A DNA stretch of 28,329 nt from assembly GCA_039937995.1 (NCBI GenBank), contig JBDTFK010000215.1, forward strand, positions 1 through 28,329. The letters are read 5' to 3'. Made by a program: the position numbers and the translations under genes. Source of the stretch: Vulcanimicrobiaceae bacterium. GTDB lineage: Bacteria > Vulcanimicrobiota > Vulcanimicrobiia > Vulcanimicrobiales > Vulcanimicrobiaceae. Of this stretch, positions 17,667 to 26,384 are shown in pieces (the stretch's first letter is position 1; each line of letters opens with the position of its first letter). A model generated the notes under the pieces. The model was given only the letters and a program-made list of their open reading frames with translations, had not been told where the DNA came from and searched no databases.

Positions 17667-20286
17667 CGGCAACGAGCGAGAGGTTTCTCGCCTACGGAAG
17701 ACCGTCGAACGGGTGAACGCGCTCGAACCCCAGACGGCCGCACTCACCGATGAAGAGCTGCGCGCCAAGACGATCGAATTTCGCGAGCGCTTGGGTGCCG
17801 GCGAGTCCCTCGACGATATGCTGCCCGAGGCTTTCGCGGTGGTCCGCGAGGCCGGAAAACGCACCACCGGAATGCGTCATTTCGACGTGCAAATCATGGG
17901 CGGACAGGTCCTCTACGAGGGCCGCATCGCCGAGATGCGCACGGGCGAAGGCAAGACGCTCGTGGCGACGCTTCCGGTATATGCGCGAGCGCTTGAGGGG
18001 CGCGGCGTTCAAGTGGTTACCGTCAACGATTATCTCGCGCGCCGCGACGCCGAGTGGATGGGGCCCGTTTACGAATTTTTAGGGCTTACCGTCGGTATCA
18101 TTCAACACGATCTTACCCCGGCCGATCGCCGCGCGCAGTACCTGTGCGACGTAACCTATGTTACGAACAATGAAGTCGGATTCGACTATCTGCGCGACAA
18201 CATGGCTTGGCAGATGGAAGACCTCGTGCAACGAGAATTGTATTTCGCACTCGTCGACGAGGTCGATTCGATTCTTATCGACGAAGCGCGCACGCCGCTT
18301 ATTATTAGCGGCCCTTCAACTGAATCTACCGACCTCTATCAAAACTTCGCGCAGATCATTCCCCGTCTCAAAAAAGAAGACGACTACACGATCGACCAAA
18401 AGGCGCACGCCGTTCCGATTACGGAGGCCGGCGTTGCAAAGGTCGAAAAAATGCTGGGCATTGGAAACCTCTACGATCAGCGCAATATCGAACTGACCCA
18501 CCAACTCAATGCCGCGCTCAAAGCGTGGAATCTTTTCCACCGAGATCAGCAATATATCGTGAAGGACGGCGAAGTTATTATCGTCGATGAGTTCACCGGC
18601 CGTTTGATGCACGGCCGCCGGTATTCCGACGGTATCCATCAGGCGATCGAAGCCAAGGAAGGCATCCACGTTCGCGGCGAGGATCAGACGCTCGCAACGA
18701 TCACGTTCCAAAACCTTTTCCGGCTTTACGATCATCTTGCCGGCATGACCGGCACGGCGAAGACCGAAGAGCGCGAATTTCGCGACATCTACGGCTTGGA
18801 CGTCGTCGTCATTCCGACGAATCGCCCGATGGCGCGTAAGGATAATTCGGACATCGTCTACAAGACGGAAAAAGCGAAATTCGATTGCGTCGTCAACGAG
18901 ATTATCGAAGAGCACAAAAAGGGCCGGCCCGTCCTCGTCGGTACGCGATCGATCGAGAAGAGCGAGACGCTTGCTGCGATCCTGCGGCGCAAAGGCGTCG
19001 ATTGCAACGTCCTCAACGCGAAGTATCACGAGCAAGAAGCCGAAATCATCAAGGACGCCGGTCAGCCCGGGCAAGTCACGATCGCCACGAACATGGCAGG
19101 CCGTGGAACGGATATCAAACTCGGCGAAGACGTCGCGACCAAAGGCGGATTGCACATCATCGGTACCGAGCGCCACGAATCGAGGCGCATCGATAACCAG
19201 CTTCGCGGGCGCGCCGGACGCCAGGGCGACCCGGGCTCGACGCGGTTTTACATTTCACTCGAAGACGAGGTGATGCGGCTCTTCGGCGGCGAGCGTATGA
19301 CGGCCATCATGGATCGCGTCGGATTTACCGACGAGCAACCGATCGAGTCGGGCCTCGTGAGCAGTTCGATTCAGCGCGCGCAGAGTAAGGTTGAGAATCA
19401 CAACTACGAGATTCGCAAGCACGTTCTCGAGTACGACGACGTGATGAACAAGCAGCGAGAGATTATTTATTCCGACCGCCGCGCAATTTTGGAAGGAAGG
19501 TTCGATTCGCGCACGTTCTTGCAGCAATCGCTGGAGTCGAAAATCGACGAAGCGGTCGATGAAAATGCGCCCGAAAACGCCCATCCCGGCGAATGGGACT
19601 TCCAAGAAATGCTCGACGCAGTCGAACTGGTATTTCCGGTCAAGGCGGCGCTATCGATCGACGATCTCGTCGGAAAGGATCGCGAAGAAATTCGCCGGAT
19701 CCTTAAAGATAGATCCTCGGCCGCGTATCAGGAAAAAGAAATTGAGATCGGGCCGGAGATCATGCGCCTTGTCGAACAGCGCTACCTGTTGCTGCCGATC
19801 ATCGATCGTCAGTGGGTCGACCATCTCTACGTAATGGATCACCTGAAAACCGGGATCGGACTGCGCGGCTACGGCCAAAAAGATCCGCGCGTGGAGTACG
19901 AAAAAGAAGCCTACGAAATCTTCGAGTCGTTAAAGAACAACATCGCGGACGAAGCGATCAAAGGCGTCTTCCGCGTTCAGATCGAGCAAGGGCCGCCGCC
20001 CGAAGAGTTGCAGCGCCAAGCGCAGATGCCGCAATTCGAAACGATTCCGGCCGGTGCGATGGTGCCGCAAGCCGCACCCGCGGGTCGCCTCTCGACCGAC
20101 CAAGCGCAACAGTTGCTCGGACCGATGCCGGGGACCGACCGGCGTCCGCAGCAGATGCACACGAACCTGGGTGACGAGCCGCCCAAACCGGCGCAGCGCG
20201 CCGAACCCAAGGTCGGCCGAAACGATCTGTGCCCCTGCGGCAGCGGCAAAAAATACAAGAAATGTCACGGAAGCGGCGCGGCATAG
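17641..20286 (+). CDS. secA: Preprotein translocase ATPase SecA, 881 aa
   Basis: [69 protein letters not shown] and SEC-C motif [13 protein letters not shown]. Start re-set to ATG at 17641. Confidence 0.98.
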   Translation: MAFLKTLFDGNEREVSRLRKTVERVNALEPQTAALTDEELRAKTIEFRERLGAGESLDDMLPEAFAVVREAGKRTTGMRHFDVQIMGGQVLYEGRIAEMRTGEGKTLVATLPVYARALEGRGVQVVTVNDYLARRDAEWMGPVYEFLGLTVGIIQHDLTPADRRAQYLCDVTYVTNNEVGFDYLRDNMAWQMEDLVQRELYFALVDEVDSILIDEARTPLIISGPSTESTDLYQNFAQIIPRLKKEDDYTIDQKAHAVPITEAGVAKVEKMLGIGNLYDQRNIELTHQLNAALKAWNLFHRDQQYIVKDGEVIIVDEFTGRLMHGRRYSDGIHQAIEAKEGIHVRGEDQTLATITFQNLFRLYDHLAGMTGTAKTEEREFRDIYGLDVVVIPTNRPMARKDNSDIVYKTEKAKFDCVVNEIIEEHKKGRPVLVGTRSIEKSETLAAILRRKGVDCNVLNAKYHEQEAEIIKDAGQPGQVTIATNMAGRGTDIKLGEDVATKGGLHIIGTERHESRRIDNQLRGRAGRQGDPGSTRFYISLEDEVMRLFGGERMTAIMDRVGFTDEQPIESGLVSSSIQRAQSKVENHNYEIRKHVLEYDDVMNKQREIIYSDRRAILEGRFDSRTFLQQSLESKIDEAVDENAPENAHPGEWDFQEMLDAVELVFPVKAALSIDDLVGKDREEIRRILKDRSSAAYQEKEIEIGPEIMRLVEQRYLLLPIIDRQWVDHLYVMDHLKTGIGLRGYGQKDPRVEYEKEAYEIFESLKNNIADEAIKGVFRVQIEQGPPPEELQRQAQMPQFETIPAGAMVPQAAPAGRLSTDQAQQLLGPMPGTDRRPQQMHTNLGDEPPKPAQRAEPKVGRNDLCPCGSGKKYKKCHGSGAA

Positions 20287-20312
20287 CCCTCAGCCCCGTA
20301 TCGCGTTTTTAG

Positions 20313-20509
20313 CCTGCCGCGGCAGGGCGCAGGGATGGCCAATGTGCTCACCTGCAAGGACGGAATACCCTAGCAATGCGGCCGTGCGTATGCTAGGGTC
20401 GTGAAGCAGACGCTCGACTCAGAATATCACGAGTCTTTCCATCCGACTCTGTGTCGCTCTTCAATCACCATGCGACGGCGTTGCACTAATCATCGCTCGA
20501 TTCGAGCGA
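20313..20509. other. Cluster of inverted repeats in the secA-lipoprotein intergenic region
   Basis: Perfect 14-bp palindrome CCTGCCGCGGCAGG (20313-20326); ACCCTAGCA/TGCTAGGGT (20367-20375 and 20391-20399); GACTC/GAGTC (20416-20420 and 20431-20435); TCGCTCGA-T-TCGAGCGA (20493-20509). Confidence 0.7.
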
Positions 20510-20643
20510 AAATCCTCCGTGATCTTTTGCGGCGAACTTCTACCCAACAACACGAGAATCACCTGTACTAAACGTCCCGAGGCGCCGCACAATCGCCCCC
20601 GGGTTCGTTGACGTTGCCTGTAAAGAAGTAATGTGGAGGTTCC

Positions 20644-21264
20644 ATGAACGCTCGTATTTACCGCGCTGCGACGCTCGCCGGCGCCACGCTCCTCGCGGCG
20701 ATGCTCGCCGCATGCGGCGGTTCTTCCCCAAACGCCGGAGTAAATCCAAGCTCGGATCAGCCGCTGCAAACACAGAGTTACGGCGACTCGGCGTTCGCGT
20801 ACGCCGGGCGGACCCCCGAGGGCTTGCTCACCGCTTCATCGCCACGGCTGCCGGGAACCGCTCCCGACGCCACCACGCCCAAGGTTGTCGGCGGTTACAT
20901 CGTTACTGTTGTAGACGTTACGGGAACGCCGTGTTTCAACTGCGTTAACGGAAAAACGGCCGGAACGTTCGGATCGGGAGATCCTCTCGGCTACGTCAAC
21001 ACGACGCTAACCAAAATCGGAATTCTGCAGGTGTATTTCGATGTGAGTTACACGGGTTCGTGCGCCGTCTCTATCGCGGTAACGCAAGGCACGAAAACCC
21101 TCGCGACGGGATCGGGTTCAGCGACTCCGAGTCCGGGCGGGGTCGAGACCGTAGAGTTGCACACGACGCGCCAATCGACGTGGCACGGCGTCGCGACGAT
21201 GACCGGTAAGGTCGTGTGCGGCACGTTAACCGTCGTCAACAAAGGGACGGTGTACTTCCAGTAG
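20644..21264 (+). CDS. Hypothetical lipoprotein
   Basis: GGAGG RBS, lipobox LAAC (Cys24), and a beta-rich Thr/Gly/Val composition with a PCFNCV CxxC motif. Family not recognised. Confidence 0.8.
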   Translation: MNARIYRAATLAGATLLAAMLAACGGSSPNAGVNPSSDQPLQTQSYGDSAFAYAGRTPEGLLTASSPRLPGTAPDATTPKVVGGYIVTVVDVTGTPCFNCVNGKTAGTFGSGDPLGYVNTTLTKIGILQVYFDVSYTGSCAVSIAVTQGTKTLATGSGSATPSPGGVETVELHTTRQSTWHGVATMTGKVVCGTLTVVNKGTVYFQ

Positions 21265-21277
21265 CCGCAATACTTTG

Positions 21278-21730
21278 CTAGAGATAGCAGCGATATAAAT
21301 CGAACGTTTTGTCGCGCTGAAAATCAAGCGACTCGTAAAACGTTACAAGGTGCGGCTCGCTGTGCGGGATCTCGACCATGATGCTGCGGCTGTGGGCGTC
21401 GCGGGCGAATTGCAGCGCTTCCCGGGCAAGCGCTTTCCCGACGCCCTCCTTGCGGTATGCATCGGCAACGTAGAGGTCGCTCAGGAACCAAATCGTCGTC
21501 GCGTACCACGATGAGAACAGCGGGTAGAGCTGCAAAAACCCGATACCGGCGGTTCCGTCGAATGCCGCGAGAACGACGGAGTCTTGTTTGGCCAAACGCT
21601 CGGCGAGAAATGCCGCGCTACCGGCGATGTCGGATTCGCCGGTAAAGAAAACGCGATAAGCATCGAAAAGTGGAGCGATCTCGCCCAAATCGGCGCTCGT
21701 AGCCCGTCGGGTTGCGAGCCGTTCGTTCAT
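21278..21730 (-). CDS. GNAT-family N-acetyltransferase
   Basis: LFDAYRVFF, GFLQLYPLFSS, FLSDLYV...YRKEGVGKAL (acetyl-CoA-binding motif A) and FYESLDF. Its start overlaps the protease stop by 4 nt. Confidence 0.9.
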   Translation of the reverse strand: MNERLATRRATSADLGEIAPLFDAYRVFFTGESDIAGSAAFLAERLAKQDSVVLAAFDGTAGIGFLQLYPLFSSWYATTIWFLSDLYVADAYRKEGVGKALAREALQFARDAHSRSIMVEIPHSEPHLVTFYESLDFQRDKTFDLYRCYL

Positions 21731-23241
21731 TTCGCGGCGAACGGCTTAAGGTACATCGTTGCATTCGGATAGTCGAAAATCAGCGTAAAATAGCTCAAAA
21801 TATCGCGTCCCAAGAGCCCGTCGAAGGTTTCGTCTTCGACTTTGCGATTGGAAGGGACGGATACGAGTACCTGCCCGACGGCGTAATCGCCGAGATCGAG
21901 GTTAGAGAGGCGGTAGCTGTGCGTTTTCGTCTCTCCGCCGATAAACGAGAGGCCGCTATCGTCACTCGGCTCGTCGGGCGCCTTGAATTGCGCGAAGTAG
22001 TGGGGGTAGAGAACCGTTCGGCCGGCACCGAGGTCGGCGACGAAAAGCCCGGTCTTGCCGTTGAACGCGGCGTGAAGCATTGGAACGTAGTCGTCGACCG
22101 AGATCGGGACTTTCGAGAAGCCCTCCGGTACCGACGGTAAGGCGGGCGCGATCTTGAGCGACTGATTGTGAAAGTCGATGGTGACGATTCCACTTGCAAA
22201 AAAATCGCCGCCGAGGAGGCCGACCACTTTCATCCCGCCGACGGGATCGGTAAACGGCAACACGGTGACGGCGAGGTTGCGCGCGCGCAACGCGCCGACC
22301 GAAACCTCCGGTATGCGAGTCGTGGAAAACGTGAAGTCCCCGCCGATCGTCATGATATTGTGTCCATAGAGCGCAAGCCCAAGGTTTTGGGCGGTCGCGC
22401 TGTCGATAGCGATGCCCGAAGCGCCCGAGTCCAACAAGAAATCGAGACCGCGACCGTTCACGTCGAGACGCACGACGATGCCGTCGTCGGTAAACGTCGC
22501 CGGAATCTCAACCGGTGCGCCGGATGAAAACGTAAATGGCGTCGTCGTCGCGGGAATTGCAAGCGATGCGGCCGTGTCCTCGCGGATCGTTTCGATCGAG
22601 ACGACTTGCGTAGTCGAGTCGTTCTCGGGCCTTCCGTCGTGGTAGCGCTCGGTCCGAGGAATCAAGCGCCCCTCGAAGGCTCGATAGTCTTCGTATTCGC
22701 GGACGTGCGTGCGCCCGTCGTACGACGTGGTCTCGACGCGTCGCAAGAGGTAGGTTTGCGCGTCGTAGTATCGCCGTTGCACGAGCGCATCTTGCGGCTT
22801 CACTTCGAGCACGATCGCGGGCGTTGCATCGGCCGTAGTGCCGAGAACCCGGGCGCCGCTCGTCGCGGCGCTTGGCGCTTCCAGCGCTTTGCGAAAGGGG
22901 TCTTCGGCGTAGCCCGTCCTGCGAACAACGATGCCGTTTGGATTACGCTCCCACGCTATCCCGTGCCACATGCCGTCCGTTTGCGAGATGGGCCCGTCGG
23001 TGGTCGTCTCGGCGAAGTCGTCGCCCTCGACAAGCATCTCCGAACTGCTCGTAAGGCTGCCGTTGACCGTCCGGTCCACCTCGCGGTACGCGTGGTTCGC
23101 GAGCTTTCCGCGCGCAGCGGAGGCGCGTTCGAGCAACTGTTCCGGTGTGAGTGCGCTCGGACCGTACGATTGAGCGAATCCCGCGATGGGCGCGAGAAGC
23201 CCGAGCATCGCCGGGAGAAGAAAAACGCTTCTGAAACGCAC
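21727..23241 (-). CDS. Secreted retropepsin-like (clan AA) aspartyl protease with two protease domains, about 504 aa
   Basis: Signal-peptide-like start at GTG 23241. Motifs FLLDSGASG...VGLLGGDFF and FVADLGAG...DGLLGRDIL, preceded by an N-terminal beta-rich domain of about 220 aa. Confidence 0.85.
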   Translation of the reverse strand: MRFRSVFLLPAMLGLLAPIAGFAQSYGPSALTPEQLLERASAARGKLANHAYREVDRTVNGSLTSSSEMLVEGDDFAETTTDGPISQTDGMWHGIAWERNPNGIVVRRTGYAEDPFRKALEAPSAATSGARVLGTTADATPAIVLEVKPQDALVQRRYYDAQTYLLRRVETTSYDGRTHVREYEDYRAFEGRLIPRTERYHDGRPENDSTTQVVSIETIREDTAASLAIPATTTPFTFSSGAPVEIPATFTDDGIVVRLDVNGRGLDFLLDSGASGIAIDSATAQNLGLALYGHNIMTIGGDFTFSTTRIPEVSVGALRARNLAVTVLPFTDPVGGMKVVGLLGGDFFASGIVTIDFHNQSLKIAPALPSVPEGFSKVPISVDDYVPMLHAAFNGKTGLFVADLGAGRTVLYPHYFAQFKAPDEPSDDSGLSFIGGETKTHSYRLSNLDLGDYAVGQVLVSVPSNRKVEDETFDGLLGRDILSYFTLIFDYPNATMYLKPFAAK

Positions 23242-23272
23242 GGTAGCTTGCTTCGCTTCCCCCGCCGCTAGT

Positions 23273-24292
23273 TCATGTTGTCCAGTGGTCGATCGCGCCG
23301 CGGAAAATCTCGCGGTGACGGCGCGCGGTTTCCCACATCGCCGACTCCGGCGGTGGAATATCGGCAGCCCGAATGAGTTGGAGTTCGACTGCGTATCGAT
23401 CCTTAAGTGCCTCATTGTCGGCGGCGAAACGCTCGACGAAGCGCAGCGAATCCTCGAAGGTTAAGAGTTGAAATCGCTGATTGAGGACGGCTTCGTCGGA
23501 TTGCGGGAACTGCGCGGCGATAAGAGCTCGCGGCGCTTCGAGCGCGGCGCCCTGCCGCGCCAAGTCGGCATGCACGCGCTCTAAGAGTTGTATGAGCGTT
23601 AGGCTTACGTTCGCGACGGGCGATGGGTTTTGCATATTATTTAGCGTTAACCCGCCGCGAACGTTTGCGAGGATCGTTAGAAAATCGCGAAAGAGGAATT
23701 CTGCGTTCTGGTCGGTTCGGTACGGGCGCACGACGATATTTTTTGCGCCGAATACCCGCTCGAACGGTTCGAGTAAACGCGTATACTCAAACACGATCGT
23801 CGCGGCACCCGGCGCCTGCCGGTAAAAGCCGTTCTGCAAAATAGTATCGACGTACCGTTCGAACGTTCCGATAAACGACTGCTTGGAATACTCGCTGTAG
23901 AGCGACTCGGCGTACCGTGCCTGCGATCGCAAATAGATGACGATCTTCGCTTCGTATCCGCCCGAGCGCAGCGCGTCGCGAAGGTGCTCCAACGTCGCGA
24001 CGTTTGCGTGTAGCGGATGGAATTCTTCAGAACTGATAACGGCAACAGGCGAAGGGTTCGCCCGAAGTTCTTCGACGAGTTTGTCAAGTTCCACGCTGGT
24101 GCCCGATTGCTGCAACTCCCACGCGATGACATGGTGACCGGGGGTAAATGCGCGTTCCGCCAGTAACTGCCGCCCGGCCGTCCCTAAATGGATGCCGGCC
24201 CCTTCGAGCGCATTGCGATTTGCCGAGAGGAAGACCTGTAGGGCCTTCGTCCCGGTCTTGTGCGTCCCAATGTGCAGGCATATCGGTTTCAT
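23273..24292 (-). CDS. Sulfotransferase-like P-loop protein, 339 aa
   Basis: N-terminal CLHIGTHKTGTKALQ (5'-phosphosulfate-binding-loop-like), VISSEEF and IVIYLRSQARYAESLYSE (3'-phosphate-binding-like). Start re-set to ATG at 24292. Confidence 0.7.
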   Translation of the reverse strand: MKPICLHIGTHKTGTKALQVFLSANRNALEGAGIHLGTAGRQLLAERAFTPGHHVIAWELQQSGTSVELDKLVEELRANPSPVAVISSEEFHPLHANVATLEHLRDALRSGGYEAKIVIYLRSQARYAESLYSEYSKQSFIGTFERYVDTILQNGFYRQAPGAATIVFEYTRLLEPFERVFGAKNIVVRPYRTDQNAEFLFRDFLTILANVRGGLTLNNMQNPSPVANVSLTLIQLLERVHADLARQGAALEAPRALIAAQFPQSDEAVLNQRFQLLTFEDSLRFVERFAADNEALKDRYAVELQLIRAADIPPPESAMWETARRHREIFRGAIDHWTT

Positions 24293-24350
24293 CTCGTTCT
24301 CTTCTATCGGCAAAAATTCCAAAGCCGCTTCTAGGCTAGCACCTGCGCCC

Positions 24351-25157
24351 TTAGCCGAATGGCTGCGCGACCGGTTGATTCCCGTAAACGAGCGCGCCGC
24401 CCAAGTCGACGTTGTTCGCGGAGGTCTGAACGTCGACGCCGGTTCCGTTGGCGGTCAACGTCGTCGCGATTTGCCCGCCCGCACCGTTACCGGCGACCAT
24501 CTGCAGGCCATTCTGCGTGCGCGTAACGGTCTGGCCGCCACCCAGATCGATCGTCTGGCCGGCCGCGATTGGAATTTGCATGCCCTGCTGCAGGATCGAG
24601 ACATTCCCCGACTTATCGAGCGTAACGTTCGTCGTACCGTAGCCGCTGGCGATCGTAGCGCTATCGTTATACGTTACGCCGTTTTGATTCGGTTGCGTAA
24701 CCTGCGTCGAAATGTGATAACCACCCGGAAACGAGTTTGAATCGAGCAGATTCGGCTGACTCGTCATGTTGCTCCAATGGTTGCCGTCAAAACTCAAATG
24801 AGGATCGCCGGTCGAACTTCCCGTCGCGCTGCCGAAATATCGCTGACAACCGTTCCCGCCGCCGCCAAATCCCGTTCCGCCCATGAGTTGCTGTAACATC
24901 GCTCCAAGCGATTGGAGCAGTTCGCCGATTTCGCCGAATAGCGACGTACCCGAGAGCCCGCCGAGCAAACCTCCGATGCCGTTGCCGGCACCGGGATCGC
25001 CGGCGAACCCAGGCGGCAGAAAGCGTGAAACAACGTCGGTCGTATTTCCACCCGCTGCGCTCGCTTGCGGCCCGAACCGACCCTCAAACGGATTCGTCTC
25101 TTGGAGAAAAGGCGGAAGTGCGGGCTCCGTGGGGCGCTCGAACGGTTGAACTAGCAT
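24351..25157 (-). CDS. Glycine-rich hypothetical protein with a GDPH motif, 268 aa
   Basis: GAGAGG RBS 8 nt upstream and no signal peptide. Gly/Leu-rich N-terminal half, STGDPHLSFDG at aa 115-125 (GDPH at nt 24798-24809), and a beta-rich C-terminal half. Confidence 0.75.
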   Translation of the reverse strand: MLVQPFERPTEPALPPFLQETNPFEGRFGPQASAAGGNTTDVVSRFLPPGFAGDPGAGNGIGGLLGGLSGTSLFGEIGELLQSLGAMLQQLMGGTGFGGGGNGCQRYFGSATGSSTGDPHLSFDGNHWSNMTSQPNLLDSNSFPGGYHISTQVTQPNQNGVTYNDSATIASGYGTTNVTLDKSGNVSILQQGMQIPIAAGQTIDLGGGQTVTRTQNGLQMVAGNGAGGQIATTLTANGTGVDVQTSANNVDLGGALVYGNQPVAQPFG

Positions 25158-25258
25158 GTTAGAAACCTCTCATTGTGCTGACGTACGCCGTCCCAATCAC
25201 GCGAGCAACCGCGCGCGACAAGGGAGTCGTAAGCACGGCGAGAATCGGCTCAAACGCT

Positions 25259-26384
25259 ATGAGCGACACGCAAGTCACGACGATCACCCGCCTTCGCGAG
25301 CGCCTCACGACGCTCAAGGAGCGTCTTTGACTACGTAGGAACGACGCGCCGCATTAGCGAGCTCGACGAGCGGTCGCGTTCCGATGCGTTTTGGAACGAC
25401 CCTGAGAACGCGCAACGGACAATGAAAGACCTGGCCGATTTGCGCAGCGAGGCCGGGATCATGGATTCGGTCGAACGGGGTCTCGGCGATGCGTCCGAAT
25501 TGCTCGATCTCTTCGCAGGCGACGAATCGGTGAACGCCGAGGTCGATGGCGCAATCGCGCAAGCGAGTGCTTTGCTCGACGATCTGGAAATGGCGGCGAA
25601 CTTCGACGGTGAGTTCGATTCCCACGGCGCTATCGTGAGTATTTTTGCGGGAGCCGGCGGAGTCGACGCCGCCGATTGGACTCAGATGCTGTTGCGCATG
25701 TACTTGCGGTGGGCCGAGCGTCGAGGCTTCACGACCCAAATCGTCGATGAGTCGCCGGCGGAAGAAGCGGGATTGAAATCGGTAACGTTCTTTCTGCGCG
25801 GCCGCAATGCGTACGGAATGCTCGAAAGCGAACGAGGCGTTCACCGCCTCGTTCGGCTTTCGCCTTTTGACGCCGCGCACAGGCGGCATACGTCGTTTGC
25901 GGCGGTCGACGTAATACCCGAGATCGAAGCGAACGAAAATGTGGACATCGAGATCAAACCCGACGATCTGCGTTTCGAAACGTTTAAGTCGGGCGGCGCC
26001 GGCGGTCAATACGTGAACAAGACCGAGTCCGCCGTGCGCATCATTCACATTCCTACCAACACCATCGTCGCCTCGCAACAAGAACGTTCCCAGGCCCAGA
26101 ACCGCGAGGTCGCGATGAACATCCTTCGCGCAAAACTCGTGCTGCGCGCGGCAGAAGAGCGCGACAAAAAGATGAGCGAACTGCGCGGCGAACGCCAGGC
26201 AAACGAGTGGGGGTCGCAGATCCGCTCCTACGTGCTTCAGCCGTACCAGTTGGTAAAAGATCACCGGACGAACGTCGAAACGGGGAACGCCCAGGGCGTC
26301 TTAGACGGAGACATCGATACGTTTGTTTGGCCGTACTTGCAAGAGCGCCGGAATCTCGGGTCCCGGCCAAAACATAGTTCGTGA
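25259..26384 (+). CDS. prfB: Peptide chain release factor 2, translated via a +1 programmed frameshift (about 374 aa)
   Basis: ATG at 25259 gives MSDTQVTTITRLRERLTTLKERL, then CTT-TGA-C; the +1 frame continues DYVGTTRRISELDERSRSDAFWNDPENAQRTMKDL. SPF anticodon-mimic motif (RLSPFD) and GGQ motif (GGAGGQYVNKTES) present. Confidence 0.97.
25316..25331 (+). promoter_or_regulatory. RF2 autoregulatory +1 frameshift cassette
   Basis: AAGGAG-CGT-CTT-TGA-C: an internal Shine-Dalgarno 3 nt upstream of the CTT-TGA-C shift site, matching the known prfB architecture. Confidence 0.95.

Noticed and set aside
20391-20412. GGGTCGTGAAGCAG resembling the SRP RNA domain IV motif
   Set aside because: It lacks the full CAGG...GNRA...GGAAGCAG architecture and the flanking long stem, so it is insufficient to call ffs.
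20461-20773. Minus-strand ORFs 20461..20769 and 20540..20773 in the intergenic region
   Set aside because: They overlap the start of the well-supported lipoprotein gene and have no RBS or protein-like composition.
20929-20946. CxxC (CFNCV) as a cytochrome c heme-binding site
   Set aside because: There is no His after the second Cys (CxxCH is required).
23242-23415. ORF-track N-terminal extension of the aspartyl protease
   Set aside because: It overlaps the sulfotransferase-like gene; GTG at 23241 yields a proper signal-peptide-like start.
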